Positions 31,805 through 45,100 are shown, numbered from the stretch's first letter. The stretch: DNA of 64,000 bases from Candidatus Omnitrophota bacterium (GCA_015233675.1 JADFXH010000004.1:72492-136491); one strand, 5' to 3'. Numbers and translations: made by a program. The notes: a model not told the origin generated them from the letters alone.

Positions 31805-34800
31805 TTAATATCCTGCATTGTTCCCATAAAAAAGAGCCACTCGTTTAGACTTCTTAAAATATGTCTTCCAAATATAATACCAGCAAATGGGACTAATCAG
31901 CAGCCCCAAAACTGTTTGTAACAGATGAGCAGAAAAAAATGAATACTCAAGTATCACAAAAATAAAAAATGCCGCAATCGCAACACCTATCACTTGTGTC
32001 ATTAAATTAACTATTATGTTGGGCGTCATTGAATTTTTATTCTTATACGCCTTTATCATTTGAACAAATAAATAGATGTAAATAATACGTACTAAAATAA
32101 AGGAACATAGTGTTATTAAATCATTCAACCCAACTGATTTAAAAAGACAAATTAATAAAAAAGCTGCGCCAGCCACTATTGACCAAATTAAACCCGACCA
32201 TAAAGCTACATAATAGAAAGCCAACCAACCTCCATTCCTCAACCATTCCATAAAAAGATACACAGCCGGCGTGGTGTATAAAGTCAGCATTTGGCTGAAG
32301 ATAAGCCCGCCGATAATAGCAATACCCAACGGACGGCGCAGTTCAGAACCCATGCCCCAACCTAAGGCCAGCGGCAATGCTCCTAATATCGCCGACATGG
32401 TTGTCATCATAATGGGACGGAATCTCAAAAGACACGCCTCATAGATCGAGTCACGCGAGTTTTTCCCTTCCAAACGTTCGGCGTCAAGAGCAAAGTCCAC
32501 CATCAGAATACCATTTTTCTTGACCAGCCCGATCAAAAGTATAATCCCGATGATCGCAATGATGCTTAATTCTGTATGCGTGATAGCAAGTGCCAGCAGT
32601 GCCCCCACTCCAGCGGACGGCAAAGTCGAAAGAATGGTGATCGGATGGATATAACTTTCATACAGAATACCCAGCACAATATAAACCGCTCCCAGCGCCG
32701 TAAGGATCAAGATTCCCTCGTTGCTTAAGGAAGACTGAAATGCCTGGGCCGTACCCTGAAAACTGCCATGAATAGTCACAGGTAATAATATATTTTTCAT
32801 CGCTGAATTAACGGCCTTGACTGCATCCCCTAAAGCTACTCCCACGGGTAAATTAAACGAAAATGTGATCGCTGGAAATTGGCCTTGATGGGCGACGGCT
32901 AAAGATGTGGTCGTTGATTCATAATGGGCAAACGCGCTTAAAGGGACCAAGGCTCCCGTTGATGACTTCACATAGATATACTTCAATGTTTCAGGACGCT
33001 GCCAAAATTTTGGAGCAACTTCCATGATGACATAGTACTGATTTAATTGCTTATAAGTTGTTGACACTTCCCGCTGGCCAAAGGCATCATAAAGGGTGCT
33101 ATCTATTTCCTGGGCGGTTATCCCCATTCGTGCCGCAGTCTTGCGGTCAATCACCAAGTCGGTCTCCTGCCCTTTGTTTTGCCTATCACTGTTTAAATCG
33201 GTTATTTGAGGGAGCTTGCGCAACTGGTCTTCCACGCGCGGTGCCCATGTCAAGAGATCAGCCAAATGGTCCGCCTGAAGCGTATATTGATATTGGGCAT
33301 TACTCATTCGCCCACCCACCGTCAAGTCCTGCACGGAAGAAAGAAACGCAGGCGCACCCGGCACACTGCTAAGCTTTTTTCGCAGGCGGGCGATCACTTG
33401 GTCACTCGTGGCCTTGCGCACTTCTAAGGGCTTAAGGGCAATAAACATCCGCGCCGTGTTCCTGGTGGAACCGCCACCCGTAAAAGCAGCCAACGTATCC
33501 ACGGCAGGATCTTTCAAAACGATCTTAACCACCGCCTTTAATTTCTTTTCCATCGATTGAAATGATATGTCTTGAGAAGCCTGAATATTCCCGCTTAAAC
33601 GCCCTGTGTCTTGCTGAGGGAAAAATCCTTTGGGAACGATCGTAAACATAATAATGCTGGTTACAAGAGCGGCCAACGTCAAAATCAACATAAAACCCTG
33701 ATGCCGCAAGGTCCAGGACAAACTCTTTTCATAACTGTGGTGCATCCACTTAAACACTCCTTCAGAAGCGTTAAACAGCCGGCCATGGGGTTCTTCTTTC
33801 TTAGATTTTAAAAGAAAAGCACACATCATTGGAGTTGTCGTCAATGAAACTACCATGGAGATCAAAATGGCGACCGAAAGTGTCAGGGCAAACTCACGGA
33901 ACAAACGCCCCAAAACCCCTCCCATCAATAATATGGGAATAAATACCGCAACTAAGGAAACACTCATCGTAAGAATAGTAAAACCAATCTCTTGGGCCCC
34001 CTTAATAGCTGCATCTTTAGGGCTCATGCCTTTTTCAATATAACGTGTAATGTTTTCCACCACCACAATCGCGTCATCAACAACAAATCCGGTGGCGACT
34101 GTCAGTGCCATTAAGGAAAGATTATCCAAACTAAAATGCAAAAGGAACATGACCCCAAAAGTACTGATGATCGATACCGGGACCACAATACTGGGAATTA
34201 TGGTGGACCGTATATTACGCAAAAAGAGGAACACCACTAAAATCACCAGTATCCCTGAAATCACCACCGTTCGTTGAGCTTCTTTCATTGAAGCACGGAT
34301 CGTCGGTGAACGGTCCAGAACAACAGCCAGCTTGATTGCCGGAGGGATAGAGGCCTGAAGGCGCGGAAGTAAACTCAGGACAGCATCAACTGTTTTGATG
34401 ACATTGGCCCCCGGCTGACGAAATAATATCACCGGTATACCTTGCTTGCCGTTGATGAGGGCCGCATTACGAAGGTCGGCCACCGAATCCTGTACATCAG
34501 CCACATCTGATAACCGGACGGCCCGGCCGTTTGAGTAAGCGACGATAAGAGAACGGTACTCTTGGGCCGTATAGAGTTGATCATTAGTTTGGATTTCCCA
34601 GGTCTTCTTGCCATTACTCAGCTGTCCTTTGGGACGGTCCGCGTTAGTACTGCTGATGGCGGTGCGCACGACGTCCATGCCTATCCCATATTTATTTAAA
34701 GCCGTGGGATTAAGCTCCACCCGAACAGCTCTGGAAGCGCCTCCCCCGATAATGACTTGGCCAATGCCTTCTACCTGGGATAATTTTTGGGCTAAAATGC

Positions 34801-35278
34801 TGTCTGCTATATCGTAGATATCCGCTTTAGTCACGATATCAGATGTCAGGGATAAAATAAGGATAGGCGACTCGGATGGATTGACCTTACGGTAGGATGG
34901 ATGGATCGGAAGGTCCGCCGGCAGAAAACTTTGGGCGGCATTGATCGCCGCTTGAACATCACGGGCCGCCCCGTTAATATCACGGTTTAAATCAAACTGT
35001 AAAGTAATTCCCGTACTGCCAAGGCCGCTGCTGGAGGTCATTTCAGTAACACCGGCAATATGGGCTAGTTGACGCTCCAGCGGAGCCGCGACGGAACTAG
35101 CCATGGTTTCAGGGCTTGCACCGGGCAGGGATGCTCCGACGCTAATGGTGGGGAAATCCATCTGCGGCAAGGTAGATACCGGCAACAAACCCACGGCGAC
35201 CAGGCCGGCTAAAACTATACCCACTGTCAATAAAGTGGTGGCTATAGGCCTTCGGATAAATGGTGTTGAGATGCTCAT
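31805..35278 (-). CDS. mdtC: RND permease MdtC homolog with an extra ~140-aa C-terminal membrane extension
   Basis: Strong similarity over its whole length to E. coli MdtC as I remember it (PLERQL...[35 protein letters not shown]). The homologous part ends near ...[15 protein letters not shown] (about residue 1015), yet the ORF continues to residue 1157. Confidence 0.9.
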   Translation of the reverse strand: MSISTPFIRRPIATTLLTVGIVLAGLVAVGLLPVSTLPQMDFPTISVGASLPGASPETMASSVAAPLERQLAHIAGVTEMTSSSGLGSTGITLQFDLNRDINGAARDVQAAINAAQSFLPADLPIHPSYRKVNPSESPILILSLTSDIVTKADIYDIADSILAQKLSQVEGIGQVIIGGGASRAVRVELNPTALNKYGIGMDVVRTAISSTNADRPKGQLSNGKKTWEIQTNDQLYTAQEYRSLIVAYSNGRAVRLSDVADVQDSVADLRNAALINGKQGIPVILFRQPGANVIKTVDAVLSLLPRLQASIPPAIKLAVVLDRSPTIRASMKEAQRTVVISGILVILVVFLFLRNIRSTIIPSIVVPVSIISTFGVMFLLHFSLDNLSLMALTVATGFVVDDAIVVVENITRYIEKGMSPKDAAIKGAQEIGFTILTMSVSLVAVFIPILLMGGVLGRLFREFALTLSVAILISMVVSLTTTPMMCAFLLKSKKEEPHGRLFNASEGVFKWMHHSYEKSLSWTLRHQGFMLILTLAALVTSIIMFTIVPKGFFPQQDTGRLSGNIQASQDISFQSMEKKLKAVVKIVLKDPAVDTLAAFTGGGSTRNTARMFIALKPLEVRKATSDQVIARLRKKLSSVPGAPAFLSSVQDLTVGGRMSNAQYQYTLQADHLADLLTWAPRVEDQLRKLPQITDLNSDRQNKGQETDLVIDRKTAARMGITAQEIDSTLYDAFGQREVSTTYKQLNQYYVIMEVAPKFWQRPETLKYIYVKSSTGALVPLSAFAHYESTTTSLAVAHQGQFPAITFSFNLPVGVALGDAVKAVNSAMKNILLPVTIHGSFQGTAQAFQSSLSNEGILILTALGAVYIVLGILYESYIHPITILSTLPSAGVGALLALAITHTELSIIAIIGIILLIGLVKKNGILMVDFALDAERLEGKNSRDSIYEACLLRFRPIMMTTMSAILGALPLALGWGMGSELRRPLGIAIIGGLIFSQMLTLYTTPAVYLFMEWLRNGGWLAFYYVALWSGLIWSIVAGAAFLLICLFKSVGLNDLITLCSFILVRIIYIYLFVQMIKAYKNKNSMTPNIIVNLMTQVIGVAIAAFFIFVILEYSFFSAHLLQTVLGLLISPICWYYIWKTYFKKSKRVALFYGNNAGY

Positions 35279-38200
35279 TTTGAATTACCTAAACCGAGGC
35301 GTTTGCCCAACCGGTCAAACCACAGATAAATGACCGGAGTCGTGTAAAGAGTGAGCACTTGACTGAAAATAAGACCGCCAATAATGGTAATGCCCAAAGG
35401 TTGTCTTAGCTCAGCTCCCATTCCCCCGCCAAAAGCTAAAGGCACAGCTCCCAATATTGCCGACATGGTCGTCATCATGATTGGCCTAAACCGCAAAAGA
35501 CACGCCTGGTAAATGGCATCCACGGGAGGTTTACCTTCCCCGCGCTCGGCATCCAAAGCAAAGTCCACCATCATGATGCCGTTTTTCTTGACGATGCCGA
35601 TCAACAAAATAATCCCAATCAAGGCGATAACACTCAAATCCGCACGGAAGATCAAAAGAGACAGTATGGCCCCCACACCCGCCGATGGCAGCGTCGATAA
35701 AATGGTAATGGGATGGATGTAACTTTCATATAAAACACCCAGCACTATATACACCGTGATTAAGGCGGCCAGAATCAAAAGCGGCTCGTTGGTCAAAGAT
35801 GATTGAAAAGCCTGGGCCGTGCCCTGGAATTCACCGTTAATACTGCCGGGCAATCCCATTTTTTTCGTGGTCGTCTGAATCGCCTTGACCGCCTCTCCCA
35901 GCGATGCTCCGGCTGCCAGATTAAATGATAATGTTACTGACGGGAACTGTCCCAAGTGGCTTACAATGAGAGGTCCAGTCGTTTCCTTAACCTTAGTGAT
36001 CACGTCAAGCGGCACCTGTGCACTATTGCTGCCGCGAACATAAAGATTGTGTAATTTATCAGGATTATTCTTGAAATCAGGTTTTACTTCAAGGATAACC
36101 CGATACTGGTTTAACTGAGTAAATATCGTCGACACTATCCGCTGGCCATAAGCACTATAAAGAGTATTATCAACAACAGCCGGGGATACGCCAAGCCTTG
36201 AGGCGGTTGCGCGGTCAATGACGATGGATGCCTGCAACCCTTTGTCCTGTTGGTCGCTGCCGACGTCAACCAATTGGGGCAGACGGCTTAGGGCATCCAC
36301 AACCTTCGGCGCCCAGGCATTGAGTTCGTCGGCATTAGGATCTTCCAGGGTATACTGATATTGTGTACGGCTGACCGTATCATCAACAGTCAGGTCCTGA
36401 ACCGGCTGCATGTACAGTGTTACCCCTTTAACATCCGTTAATTTTTTCTGCAAACGGCGGATAATATCGCTGGCAGAAATTTTACGCTCTTCGATGGGCT
36501 TGAGATTGATCAGGATCCTGCCGCTATTAAGGGTGGTATTAGTGCCGTCCACTCCGATAAACGTGGAAAGATTCTCAACAGCGGGGTCTTTAAGGATAAC
36601 CGCTGCCAACTGCTGCTGCTTTTGTGCCATAGCCGGGAAAGAGATTGACTGAGAAGCCTCGGAAATGCCCTGGATAATACCGGTGTCCTGGATAGGAAAA
36701 AATCCTTTAGGAATAAAAACATACAATACTACCGTAAAAACCAGTGTTCCCGCAGCTATGCCCAAGGTCAACCCTTGACGCTTCAATACCCATTGCAAGG
36801 ATTGACCGTATAACTTAATGACCTTATTAAACATTGCTTCAGACGCATGGTAAAACTTCCCTTGTTGACTAGGCGGTTTGTTTTTGAGTAATTTAGCGCA
36901 CATCATTGGCGTCAAAGTCAGCGACACAATCGCTGAAATAACAATGGTGACGCCAAGAGTAATGGCAAATTCGCGAAACAGCCTCCCTACCACATCCCCC
37001 ATAAACAATAATGGAATAAGCACCGCGATAAGGGAAATACTCAAAGAAAGGATGGTGAATGCCACTTGCCCTGAACCTTTAAGGGCGGCTTCGAGAGGGG
37101 CATCACCTTGTTCAATATATCTGGAAATATTTTCAATCATCACAATCGCGTCATCAACCACAAAACCCGTCGCTATAGTCAACGCCATCAAAGACAAATT
37201 ATTAAGGCTGAAGCCCAGCAGATACATGACGCCAAAAGTCCCGACTAACGATACCGGGACCGCGATGCTGGGAATGATCGTCGAGGCCAAAGTACGCAAA
37301 AACAGGAACATGACCATCACCACAAGGGCCACAGATAACATCAATTCAAACTGAACGTCCTTGACCGAGGAACGGATGGTTGTAGTCCTATCTGTCAATA
37401 TGGATACCTGCACAGATGCGGGCAGGGAATTTTCTAACTGCGGCAGCATCTTTTTAATTCCGTCAACAACCTGAATGACATTAAATCCGGGCTGTCGTTG
37501 AATATTAATAATCACCGCAGGTGACGTGCTCATCCAGGCCGCCTGCTTGACATTTTCTGCGTCGTCAATGATTTGGGCGACATCAGATAATAATACCGGG
37601 GCCCCATTTTGGAATGCAACAACTAAGGAACGGTAATCTCTGCTTGATTTAAGCTGGTCATTAGCGTTGATGATGGAAGACTGACGCGTCCCATCAAAAC
37701 TACCCTTGGCTTGATTGACATTGGCACTGGAGATAGCCGTACGCAAATCTTCCAATGTCAAACCATAAGACGCCAATGCCGTCGGATTAGCTTGGATGCG
37801 CACAGCGGGCCGTTGTCCACCGCTGATGCTGACTAAGCCAACCCCTGATAGCTGAGAGATTTTTTGGGCCAGTCGGGTATCTGCCAGGTCTTCAACCTGC
37901 GGCAAAGGCAGAATTTTTGAAGTCAAAGCCAAAGTCAAGATCGGAGCGTCCGCCGGGTTGACCTTGCTGTAAACCGGAGGGCTGGGGAGGTCCGCCGGCA
38001 ATAAATTGGCACCTGCATTAACAGCCGCTTGCACTTCCTGTTCGGCTATGTCAATGCTTAAATCCAAACTAAATTGCAAAGTGATAACTGAACTGCCGCC
38101 GGAGGAAGTCGAACGCATTTGCTTAAGACCGGGCATTTGCCCAAACTGACGTTCCAGGGGAGCGGTAATGGCTGTCGTCATGACTTCAGGAGAAGCTCCG

Positions 38201-38379
38201 GGATAAAAAGTAACCACTTGAATGACAGGGTAATCAACCTGCGGTAAAGCTGAGATGGGAAGTTGAAAATAAGAGACACCGCCGGCTAAAAGAATAGCAA
38301 CCATCAACAAGACAGTTGCCACCGGCCGCATAATAAATATGCGGGAAGGATTCAATGTTCCGTGTTCCTTTGGGGTCAT
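35275..38379 (-). CDS. mdtB: RND permease MdtB homolog
   Basis: 1034 aa. [22 protein letters not shown]...[27 protein letters not shown] is almost colinear with E. coli MdtB. ATGA overlap with mdtC. Confidence 0.92.
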   Translation of the reverse strand: MTPKEHGTLNPSRIFIMRPVATVLLMVAILLAGGVSYFQLPISALPQVDYPVIQVVTFYPGASPEVMTTAITAPLERQFGQMPGLKQMRSTSSGGSSVITLQFSLDLSIDIAEQEVQAAVNAGANLLPADLPSPPVYSKVNPADAPILTLALTSKILPLPQVEDLADTRLAQKISQLSGVGLVSISGGQRPAVRIQANPTALASYGLTLEDLRTAISSANVNQAKGSFDGTRQSSIINANDQLKSSRDYRSLVVAFQNGAPVLLSDVAQIIDDAENVKQAAWMSTSPAVIINIQRQPGFNVIQVVDGIKKMLPQLENSLPASVQVSILTDRTTTIRSSVKDVQFELMLSVALVVMVMFLFLRTLASTIIPSIAVPVSLVGTFGVMYLLGFSLNNLSLMALTIATGFVVDDAIVMIENISRYIEQGDAPLEAALKGSGQVAFTILSLSISLIAVLIPLLFMGDVVGRLFREFAITLGVTIVISAIVSLTLTPMMCAKLLKNKPPSQQGKFYHASEAMFNKVIKLYGQSLQWVLKRQGLTLGIAAGTLVFTVVLYVFIPKGFFPIQDTGIIQGISEASQSISFPAMAQKQQQLAAVILKDPAVENLSTFIGVDGTNTTLNSGRILINLKPIEERKISASDIIRRLQKKLTDVKGVTLYMQPVQDLTVDDTVSRTQYQYTLEDPNADELNAWAPKVVDALSRLPQLVDVGSDQQDKGLQASIVIDRATASRLGVSPAVVDNTLYSAYGQRIVSTIFTQLNQYRVILEVKPDFKNNPDKLHNLYVRGSNSAQVPLDVITKVKETTGPLIVSHLGQFPSVTLSFNLAAGASLGEAVKAIQTTTKKMGLPGSINGEFQGTAQAFQSSLTNEPLLILAALITVYIVLGVLYESYIHPITILSTLPSAGVGAILSLLIFRADLSVIALIGIILLIGIVKKNGIMMVDFALDAERGEGKPPVDAIYQACLLRFRPIMMTTMSAILGAVPLAFGGGMGAELRQPLGITIIGGLIFSQVLTLYTTPVIYLWFDRLGKRLGLGNSK

Positions 38380-38388
38380 AAGATTGCT

Positions 38389-39582
38389 TTATTGCGAAGG
38401 GTTTATCGATTTCACGCGATGATTATGCCCGGCCACGGTGACCTTGCTGCCTTCTTTTAATTTGTCGGCCCCTTCCACCACCACGACGTCACCCGCCGAC
38501 AATCCATCCTTGATTGCCACGTTGTCTTCCTGGGCGCTCCCTAACGTAACCGGTCGCACTGTGACGGTCTGGTTGTCTTTGACCAGAAAAACAAATGATC
38601 CTTGAGGCCCCTGCTGGATCGCGGCCACCGGAATAATTACAACCCCTTGATCAACATTGACCAATAAATGAATGTTAACGAACTGGTTGGGGAACAAGGC
38701 ATTATCGGTATTCTCAAAAACAGCCTTGAGCTTGACCGTCCCTGTGGCGGGATCGATTTGGCTGTCAACAGCAAGCAGTAAACCCGTCGCTATTTTCTTT
38801 GTTTCCTCACGATTATAAGCATCCGTTTGCAATTTGTCGCCCTTTTTAAGTTTCTCGAGCACCTGCGGAAGACTGTCCTCAGGAATAGCAAAAACGACAG
38901 TAATAGGCTGCAATTTGGTGATCACCGCCAATCCGGTTGCATCGTTTGTCGAGACAATATTCCCGGAATCCTCCAGACGCAGCCCTATTTGTCCGCTGAT
39001 CGGAGCCGTAACACGCGCGTAGGTCAACTGCAATTTAGCATTGTTGACCTGGGCCTCATCTACCCCCACTGTCCCTTCATACTGATGCACCAAAGCGTTC
39101 TGGGTATCCAGTTGTTGTTTTGGGATGGAATCCTGGGTCCACAAGACCTGGTAACGCGCCAAGTTTAATTTAGCATCATCAAGCAACGCCTGATCATGAG
39201 CCAGTTGTCCTTGCGCTAAGGCTTGCTGTATCTTAAATGGCCGATTATCAATTTCCGCTAATAAATCACCCTGCTTGACAATTTGACCTTCTTTGAACAA
39301 CACTTTCATCAACTGCCCGCCAACAAGATACTTGACCGTGACCGTGTTAAAAGCGCTGACAGATCCCAAAGCGTTAATATAGTTGTTAATATCACCTTTT
39401 TTTGCCTTCGCTGTAACAATAGGCGAGTCGCTGGGCATACGAGCACTTGATTTGCCCCAGTTCTGCTTGCCACTTTGAGATGGATTGTCGGATACTTGGG
39501 ATTGCTTAGGCAAGAATTTATAAATACCAAAAACTGCCAGACAGATGATCAATAAAAACCATATCCATTTCCCGGAAGCCAT
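38389..39582 (-). CDS. mdtA: RND membrane fusion protein (MdtA-like)
   Basis: N-terminal TM anchor, then barrel-sandwich, hairpin and beta-barrel blocks typical of HlyD/MFP proteins. The ATG at 39582 has a GAAGGGA SD; the tracked start at 39612 is GTG. Confidence 0.85.
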   Translation of the reverse strand: MASGKWIWFLLIICLAVFGIYKFLPKQSQVSDNPSQSGKQNWGKSSARMPSDSPIVTAKAKKGDINNYINALGSVSAFNTVTVKYLVGGQLMKVLFKEGQIVKQGDLLAEIDNRPFKIQQALAQGQLAHDQALLDDAKLNLARYQVLWTQDSIPKQQLDTQNALVHQYEGTVGVDEAQVNNAKLQLTYARVTAPISGQIGLRLEDSGNIVSTNDATGLAVITKLQPITVVFAIPEDSLPQVLEKLKKGDKLQTDAYNREETKKIATGLLLAVDSQIDPATGTVKLKAVFENTDNALFPNQFVNIHLLVNVDQGVVIIPVAAIQQGPQGSFVFLVKDNQTVTVRPVTLGSAQEDNVAIKDGLSAGDVVVVEGADKLKEGSKVTVAGHNHRVKSINPSQ

Positions 39583-39624
39583 AATTATCCCTTCGGAATT
39601 AATACTCTTCACAAACGTTTTTTA

Positions 39625-40017
39625 TTATTGCTCCGGCGCATTATCTCCACTGCCATTACCTGTGCCATTATGCTTATGCCTGCCCTGGCCCTGCATTTGT
39701 TCCCATTGGTTTAATTGATCATCACTGAGGACTTGAGATAATTCTTGCTTTTCATCTTCTTTTAATTGTTTCATTTGGCTATGAATGCTTTCCTTATCAG
39801 CAGTTTTGTCCTTCACACTCTGCCAGAGCTCCCGGCGTTTGGATGAGTATTTCTCAATGATTGGAGATACAGCCGCAACCTGATCCTGGGTCAAATTTAA
39901 TTTAGACTGTATTCTTGAAACAATATCGCCTGCGCTAACCGACTGATCCTGCGCAAAAACAGACGCATTAATTAAAAATAAAACCACCAAGCAAGTATAG
40001 ACTATCTTCATACTCAT
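39625..40017 (-). CDS. Small secreted LTxxQ-motif protein, paralog of 28544..28954
   Basis: AAGGAG SD with 8-nt spacing. Signal peptide ...SVFAQ. Contains LNLTQDQ and LSDDQLNQW motifs and a Gly/Asn/His-rich tail. Confidence 0.75.
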   Translation of the reverse strand: MSMKIVYTCLVVLFLINASVFAQDQSVSAGDIVSRIQSKLNLTQDQVAAVSPIIEKYSSKRRELWQSVKDKTADKESIHSQMKQLKEDEKQELSQVLSDDQLNQWEQMQGQGRHKHNGTGNGSGDNAPEQ

Positions 40018-40077
40018 ATTATATTCTCCTTTTTTATTATAAATATGATGATTTCTATATATTTTCTAAGGGATATA

Positions 40078-40641
40078 TTACTCCTTGGAGTCAGGATCAT
40101 TGTCTTCATCCGGTTTATCACCCCAATGCTTATGAACTTCCCTATCTTTGCCAAATCCGTCCTTATGCCCAAATTTATCATGCCCCATATGCATCATCAA
40201 TTCTTTTTCCCTTTTCAAAGCCATATATCCCGCGTATTGCTCAGGCGTCAAAATCTTCTTGATATCCAAAATAGAATTTAAACGGTTATCAACCATCTGT
40301 GCTTGAATAGTTTTCAGCTTGTTTTGTAGATCGTTGACCTTATTCATATCTGATGTGGCCTTAACGATTTCTACATTAAACGCTTCTCTGTTAGACTTGA
40401 TCTGTTCAAAAATATTTTTCATCAATTCTTTTTCTTTTTGCTTGTTATCTTTTAATTGCTTTGCTTGATCATCGGTAAGATTAAGAACCTGGGCCATCAT
40501 ATGCTCCTGCTGACAATGATGACAGTCGCCATCCTGATGTGTAGATTTTGGATCACCTTTGTCATTATCCGCGTATAGCATAGGAACAGATAAAGCCATT
40601 AAAGCCATCACTAATCCTGCGATTTTTAATTTTGCTGCCAT
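40078..40641 (-). CDS. Spy/CpxP/ZraP-family periplasmic protein with His-rich N- and C-terminal segments
   Basis: The ATG at 40641 follows AGGGGGGG. Signal peptide, two LTxxQ motifs (LTDDQ, LTPEQ), His clusters HQDGDCHHCQQEH and HMGHDKFGHKDGFGKDREVHKH. Confidence 0.75.
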   Translation of the reverse strand: MAAKLKIAGLVMALMALSVPMLYADNDKGDPKSTHQDGDCHHCQQEHMMAQVLNLTDDQAKQLKDNKQKEKELMKNIFEQIKSNREAFNVEIVKATSDMNKVNDLQNKLKTIQAQMVDNRLNSILDIKKILTPEQYAGYMALKREKELMMHMGHDKFGHKDGFGKDREVHKHWGDKPDEDNDPDSKE

Positions 40642-40744
40642 ATTCCCCCCCTGTTTTAGTTGCTTTAGAATTCGCCTTTTCATTTATTTAGACAATAAAT
40701 AAATGAAAAAAGTTCCTCTTTAAGAAATAAAGCAACTGTCCCTT

Positions 40745-42142
40745 TTATTTAAATTGCCAGCCGCCACCGAGGACTTTGTATAGATCAACTAAAGCACGCA
40801 GTTCACTCAGTCGGGCTTGAGCTAACCCAAGTTGGGCAGAAAAATATCTCGTATTGCTATCCAATACCTCAAGGTAGCTGGATGAACCTCCTTTGTAACG
40901 CAATTCAGACAATCGTAGAGCGTCCGAGGCCGCTTGAGTCAATAGCTCCTGTTGCGTTCTAAATTCCTGATCCTTGCGATATGCTATCAAGGAGTCAGAT
41001 ACTTCTCTAAATGCCTGCTGAATGGTCTTCTGATAAAAATGCAGAGCTTCTTGCTGTTGGGCCTGGGCAAATTTAACACCAGCCCGAATCCGTCCGGCAT
41101 TAAAAATCGGCTGTGTGAGCGTTGAAGCAATATCCCACATTCCACTCGGCCCCGTAAAAAGTTTACTCAGAGCGGCACTTTGATACCCTCCGCTCGCGGT
41201 AAGGCTAATATCAGGGAAATACGCGCCTTGAGCCACACCAATCTGCGCGTTAAAAGCAACCAATTGCTGCTCGGCTTCTTGGATATCAGGCCTACGTAAT
41301 AGCAGTGATGAAGGGATTCCTGCAGGAACCACAGGCGCATGCGGCTGTTGAATTAATGACCATCCACGCTCAATACTTCCCGGGTTGTTCCCCAAAAGAA
41401 TACTGATCAAATTTTCCTGTTGTTGGATTCTGCGTTGAAGGTCAGGAATATTTTCGGCTGCGGTGAATACTAATTGCTCTGCCTGACGCACATCTAACAT
41501 CGAGGATGAGCCATGGTCAGCCAGATGTTTGATCAACTTTAAGAATTCCTGCCTGGAGGCCAGGGTTCGCTTTGAGATTTCTAATTCAATATCCAGCTCA
41601 CGAAGCTGAAAATAAGAATTTGCCACATCCGCAATTAAGGTGGCGATCACCTCCAGACGGGCCCACTGGCTGGCCAACAAGTTGGCCTTTGAAGCTTCTA
41701 TCATCCGACGGTACTTTCCCCAAAAATCAAGATCCCACGCGAAGGAACCTTCGATAAGATAGGCCCCCCATGCATACGGATTTGTGGTACGGATTTTTTC
41801 ATAACGTTGACCGTTGGGACCAGCTACTGCGGTAATTGTCGGATACTGATAACTGCCGGAAATATTTAACTGTGCCTGCGCTTCAAGCACATGATCCGCG
41901 GCAATTCGCAAGTCATAATTTTGATCCAAAGCCATACGGATCAAATTTTGTAATTTTTTATCTTGAAAAACTTCCCACCATTTCTGTTCTCCCAGTGATG
42001 CCATTTGATTTAATTCTAATTCTTCCTTTGTCATTCCACGATAGGTAGCAGGAATTGTAACGTCCGGCTTCTTATAATTAGGGCCGATGGCACAGCCGGC
42101 CAATAATCCGCACAATAAAGCAGGAACAATCCTTCTATGCAT
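40745..42142 (-). CDS. RND efflux outer-membrane factor lipoprotein (second system)
   Basis: The ATG at 42142 lies one nt after the RND stop. Lipobox LLAG|CAIGPNY. NodT/OprM-like repeat structure. Confidence 0.85.
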   Translation of the reverse strand: MHRRIVPALLCGLLAGCAIGPNYKKPDVTIPATYRGMTKEELELNQMASLGEQKWWEVFQDKKLQNLIRMALDQNYDLRIAADHVLEAQAQLNISGSYQYPTITAVAGPNGQRYEKIRTTNPYAWGAYLIEGSFAWDLDFWGKYRRMIEASKANLLASQWARLEVIATLIADVANSYFQLRELDIELEISKRTLASRQEFLKLIKHLADHGSSSMLDVRQAEQLVFTAAENIPDLQRRIQQQENLISILLGNNPGSIERGWSLIQQPHAPVVPAGIPSSLLLRRPDIQEAEQQLVAFNAQIGVAQGAYFPDISLTASGGYQSAALSKLFTGPSGMWDIASTLTQPIFNAGRIRAGVKFAQAQQQEALHFYQKTIQQAFREVSDSLIAYRKDQEFRTQQELLTQAASDALRLSELRYKGGSSSYLEVLDSNTRYFSAQLGLAQARLSELRALVDLYKVLGGGWQFK

Positions 42143-42143
42143 T

Positions 42144-45100
42144 TTACTTTCCCCCTTGGGGCAATTTCTTTTTTGCAAACCGCTCGGTGATCACAAACAG
42201 GGCGGGAATAATAAATATGGCGATCATGGTCGCGGTCAGCATTCCGGCAATGACAACAGTGCCCAGGACCTGACGCGCCACTGACCCGGAGCCTTTGGCA
42301 AACCACAGCGGCAGGCAGCCTAAGATAAAAGCAAAAGAAGTCATCAAGATCGGACGCAAACGAAGCTTGGCTCCCTCAAGTGCCGCTTCTATAGTATCGC
42401 GACCTTTTTCATGTTCCATTTTGGCAAACTCCACAATTAGAATGGCATTCTTGGCCGATAACCCTATCAGCATAATCAAACCGATCTGTGAATAAATATT
42501 AAGATCAAAATGGCGCATAAAGAGCCCCGCAAAAGCGCCGAAGATAGCGATAGGCACAGAAAGCAGAACTGAGAAGGGCAGCGACCAGCTTTCATAAAGA
42601 GCGGCAAGGATCAAAAACACTACAACGATCGAAAGAGCAAAAACAGGACCGGCTGTTCCCGCTACAGTTTTCTCCTGAAAGGACAGATCGCTATAATCAT
42701 AGCCCATATTAAGCGGAAGCGTCTCCCTGGCTACCTGCTCGAGTGCAGCTAACGCTTGCCCTGAACTATAGCCGGGCGCCGCGGATCCAAGGATCTGTGC
42801 CGCTCGGTAAAGATTAAAACGGTTGGTATACTCGGTACCGAATATTTTCTTTATTGTGACCAGGCTCGAAAGCGGGACCATGCCTTGATTATTATTGCGC
42901 ACATAAAATTGGTTTATACTCTCGGTGTTCATCCTGTCTTCGCCCTCTGCTTGTAATAAAACCTTCCATTGCCTGCCGAAACGGTTGAACTGATTGACAT
43001 ACAAACCGCCAAGATAAGCCTGCAGCGTCTGGTAAACACTGCCTATATCAACCCCTTGTTTCAATACTTTATCGCGGTCTACATCCGCATACACTTGAGG
43101 GACAGTCGCAGAAAATCCCGAAGTGACACCTGCAAGCTCAGGCCGTTTTTTACACGCCGCTAAAAATTTCTTTACATTCTGGTCAAGAAATTCAATAGAC
43201 CCGCCGCTTTTGTCCTGCAGCCAGAACGAAAAACCGCCTGAGGTCCCAAGCCCCGGAATAGCCGGCGGCAAACCGACAAAAGCCCTTGCTTCAGGCACTT
43301 CGGCCGCCAATTTTTTATTTATACTGTTTATGATCGATTGAATCTGCAGTTGCCGTGATTTGCGTTCATCCCAGGGAGAAAGTGTCACAAAAAAGAAACC
43401 GTTGTAACTTGCTGAAACACGGGTCAATAAACTAAATCCGGAAATGCTCGTATAATATTGGATACCCGGCGTCTGGCCCAAGATCCCCTCGATCTTGCGC
43501 GCTACCAAGTCTGTCCTCTCCAACGAAGAGGCGGAAGGCAGCTGAAGATTAAGAAAACAGAAACCATAGTCCTCATTGGGAAGAAAACCCGTAGGAATCT
43601 TAACCCCCATCACCCCATCTAAAACAGCGAAACCGCCCAGAAAAATCATGCCTATAAAAGCCTTGCGGACAACCCCAAGACTCCACCGGCCATACCCTTG
43701 AGTCACTTTTTTAAACCATAAGTTAAAACCATCAAAGAACCTGGCAGCAAATCCGCTGGATTTCTGACGGTGCCGCAATAAAAGTGAAGCAAGCGCCGGA
43801 GACAGACTCAAAGCATTAAACGCTGAAATAAGGACTGAAATGGCCACGGTCAGGGCAAACTGCTTGTTTAAACTCCCCTGAATCCCGCTCATTAAAGCAA
43901 CAGGAATAAATACTGAAGAAAGAACCAGCGCAATACCTATGACAGGGCCGGACACCTCTTCCATTGCCTTAAACGCTGCCTCGCGTGGGGACATGCCTTC
44001 TCCTATATGACGCTCAATGGCCTCCACCACCACAATAGCATCATCGACAACAAGGCCGATGGCCAGTACCAGACCGAACAATGATAGCGTATTAATGGAA
44101 AAATGTAAAAAAGGGAAGAATGCAAAAGTGCCGATCAAAGAAACCGGGACGGCGATCATAGGGATGAGTGTCGCGCGCCAATTCTGCAGAAAAAGAAAGA
44201 CGACCAAGGTTACAAGGCACATCGCGATAACGAGCGTTATTAAAATCTCACGAATTCCTTCAGTAACGGGAAGTGTAGTGTCTAACGCGACTTTATAATC
44301 AAGATCCGCCGGAAAACGGCCTTTGAGTCGTGCCAATGCCTTTTTAATGCCTGCGGCGACCTGGATCGCGTTAGATCCCGGGGTTTGAAAAACAGCAATG
44401 TTACAACTTGGCTGACCGTTAAACCTGCCGATCTGCTGATAATTCAAAGCTCCCAGCTCAATGCGGGCAACATCTTTCAGGCGCACAAATGAACCATCCG
44501 GATTGGAACGTAACACTACTTCACCGAATTCCTTGGATGTCACCAGACGTCCCTGGGCCCTTACGGTATAGGTTTTTTCTTTCCCTTTAGGGGCCGGTTC
44601 AGAACCCACTTGGCCGGCGGGGTTGACAGTGTTCTGCTCTGAGACTGCGCTAACGACATCAGAAACGGTCAGACCCAATTTCGCCAAAACCTTCGGTTTG
44701 AGCCAAATCCTCATCGTATAATCCCCGGCTCCAAATATCCTGACTTCCCCCACGCCGGGAACACGATAAAGCACATCGTTGATATTGATGTTAGAATAAT
44801 TAGCAAGAAAAAGGGACTTATACGTCCTGTGAGGTGAAAACAAAGAAATGATCATCATCGGAAATCCAGTTGATTTGCGGAATGATAAACCAAAACGGTT
44901 GACATCAGGAGGGAAGTTCGGCGCCGCCTGGGCAAGGCGGTTTTGCACATTGACCTGATCGATGTTAGGATCACTGTCCACGCTAAAAGTAATGGCTTCC
45001 GACAAGGTTCCGTCATTGGCATTGGTCGACTGCATATAAAGCATGTTCTCCACGCCATTCATGGATTGCTCCAGCGGTGTCGCAACCGACTGCTCAATGG

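Noticed and set aside
36878-37354. Plus-strand ORFs inside mdtB, mdtC and the acrB-like gene (for example 36878..37354, 33058..33372, 44017..44298)
   Set aside because: They are antisense to strongly conserved RND permease sequence and are typical shadow ORFs.
42031-42306. 91-aa minus-strand ORF overlapping the RND2/OMF2 junction
   Set aside because: It is an alternative frame over two well-supported genes. It is Cys/His/Arg-rich low-complexity sequence with no start context.
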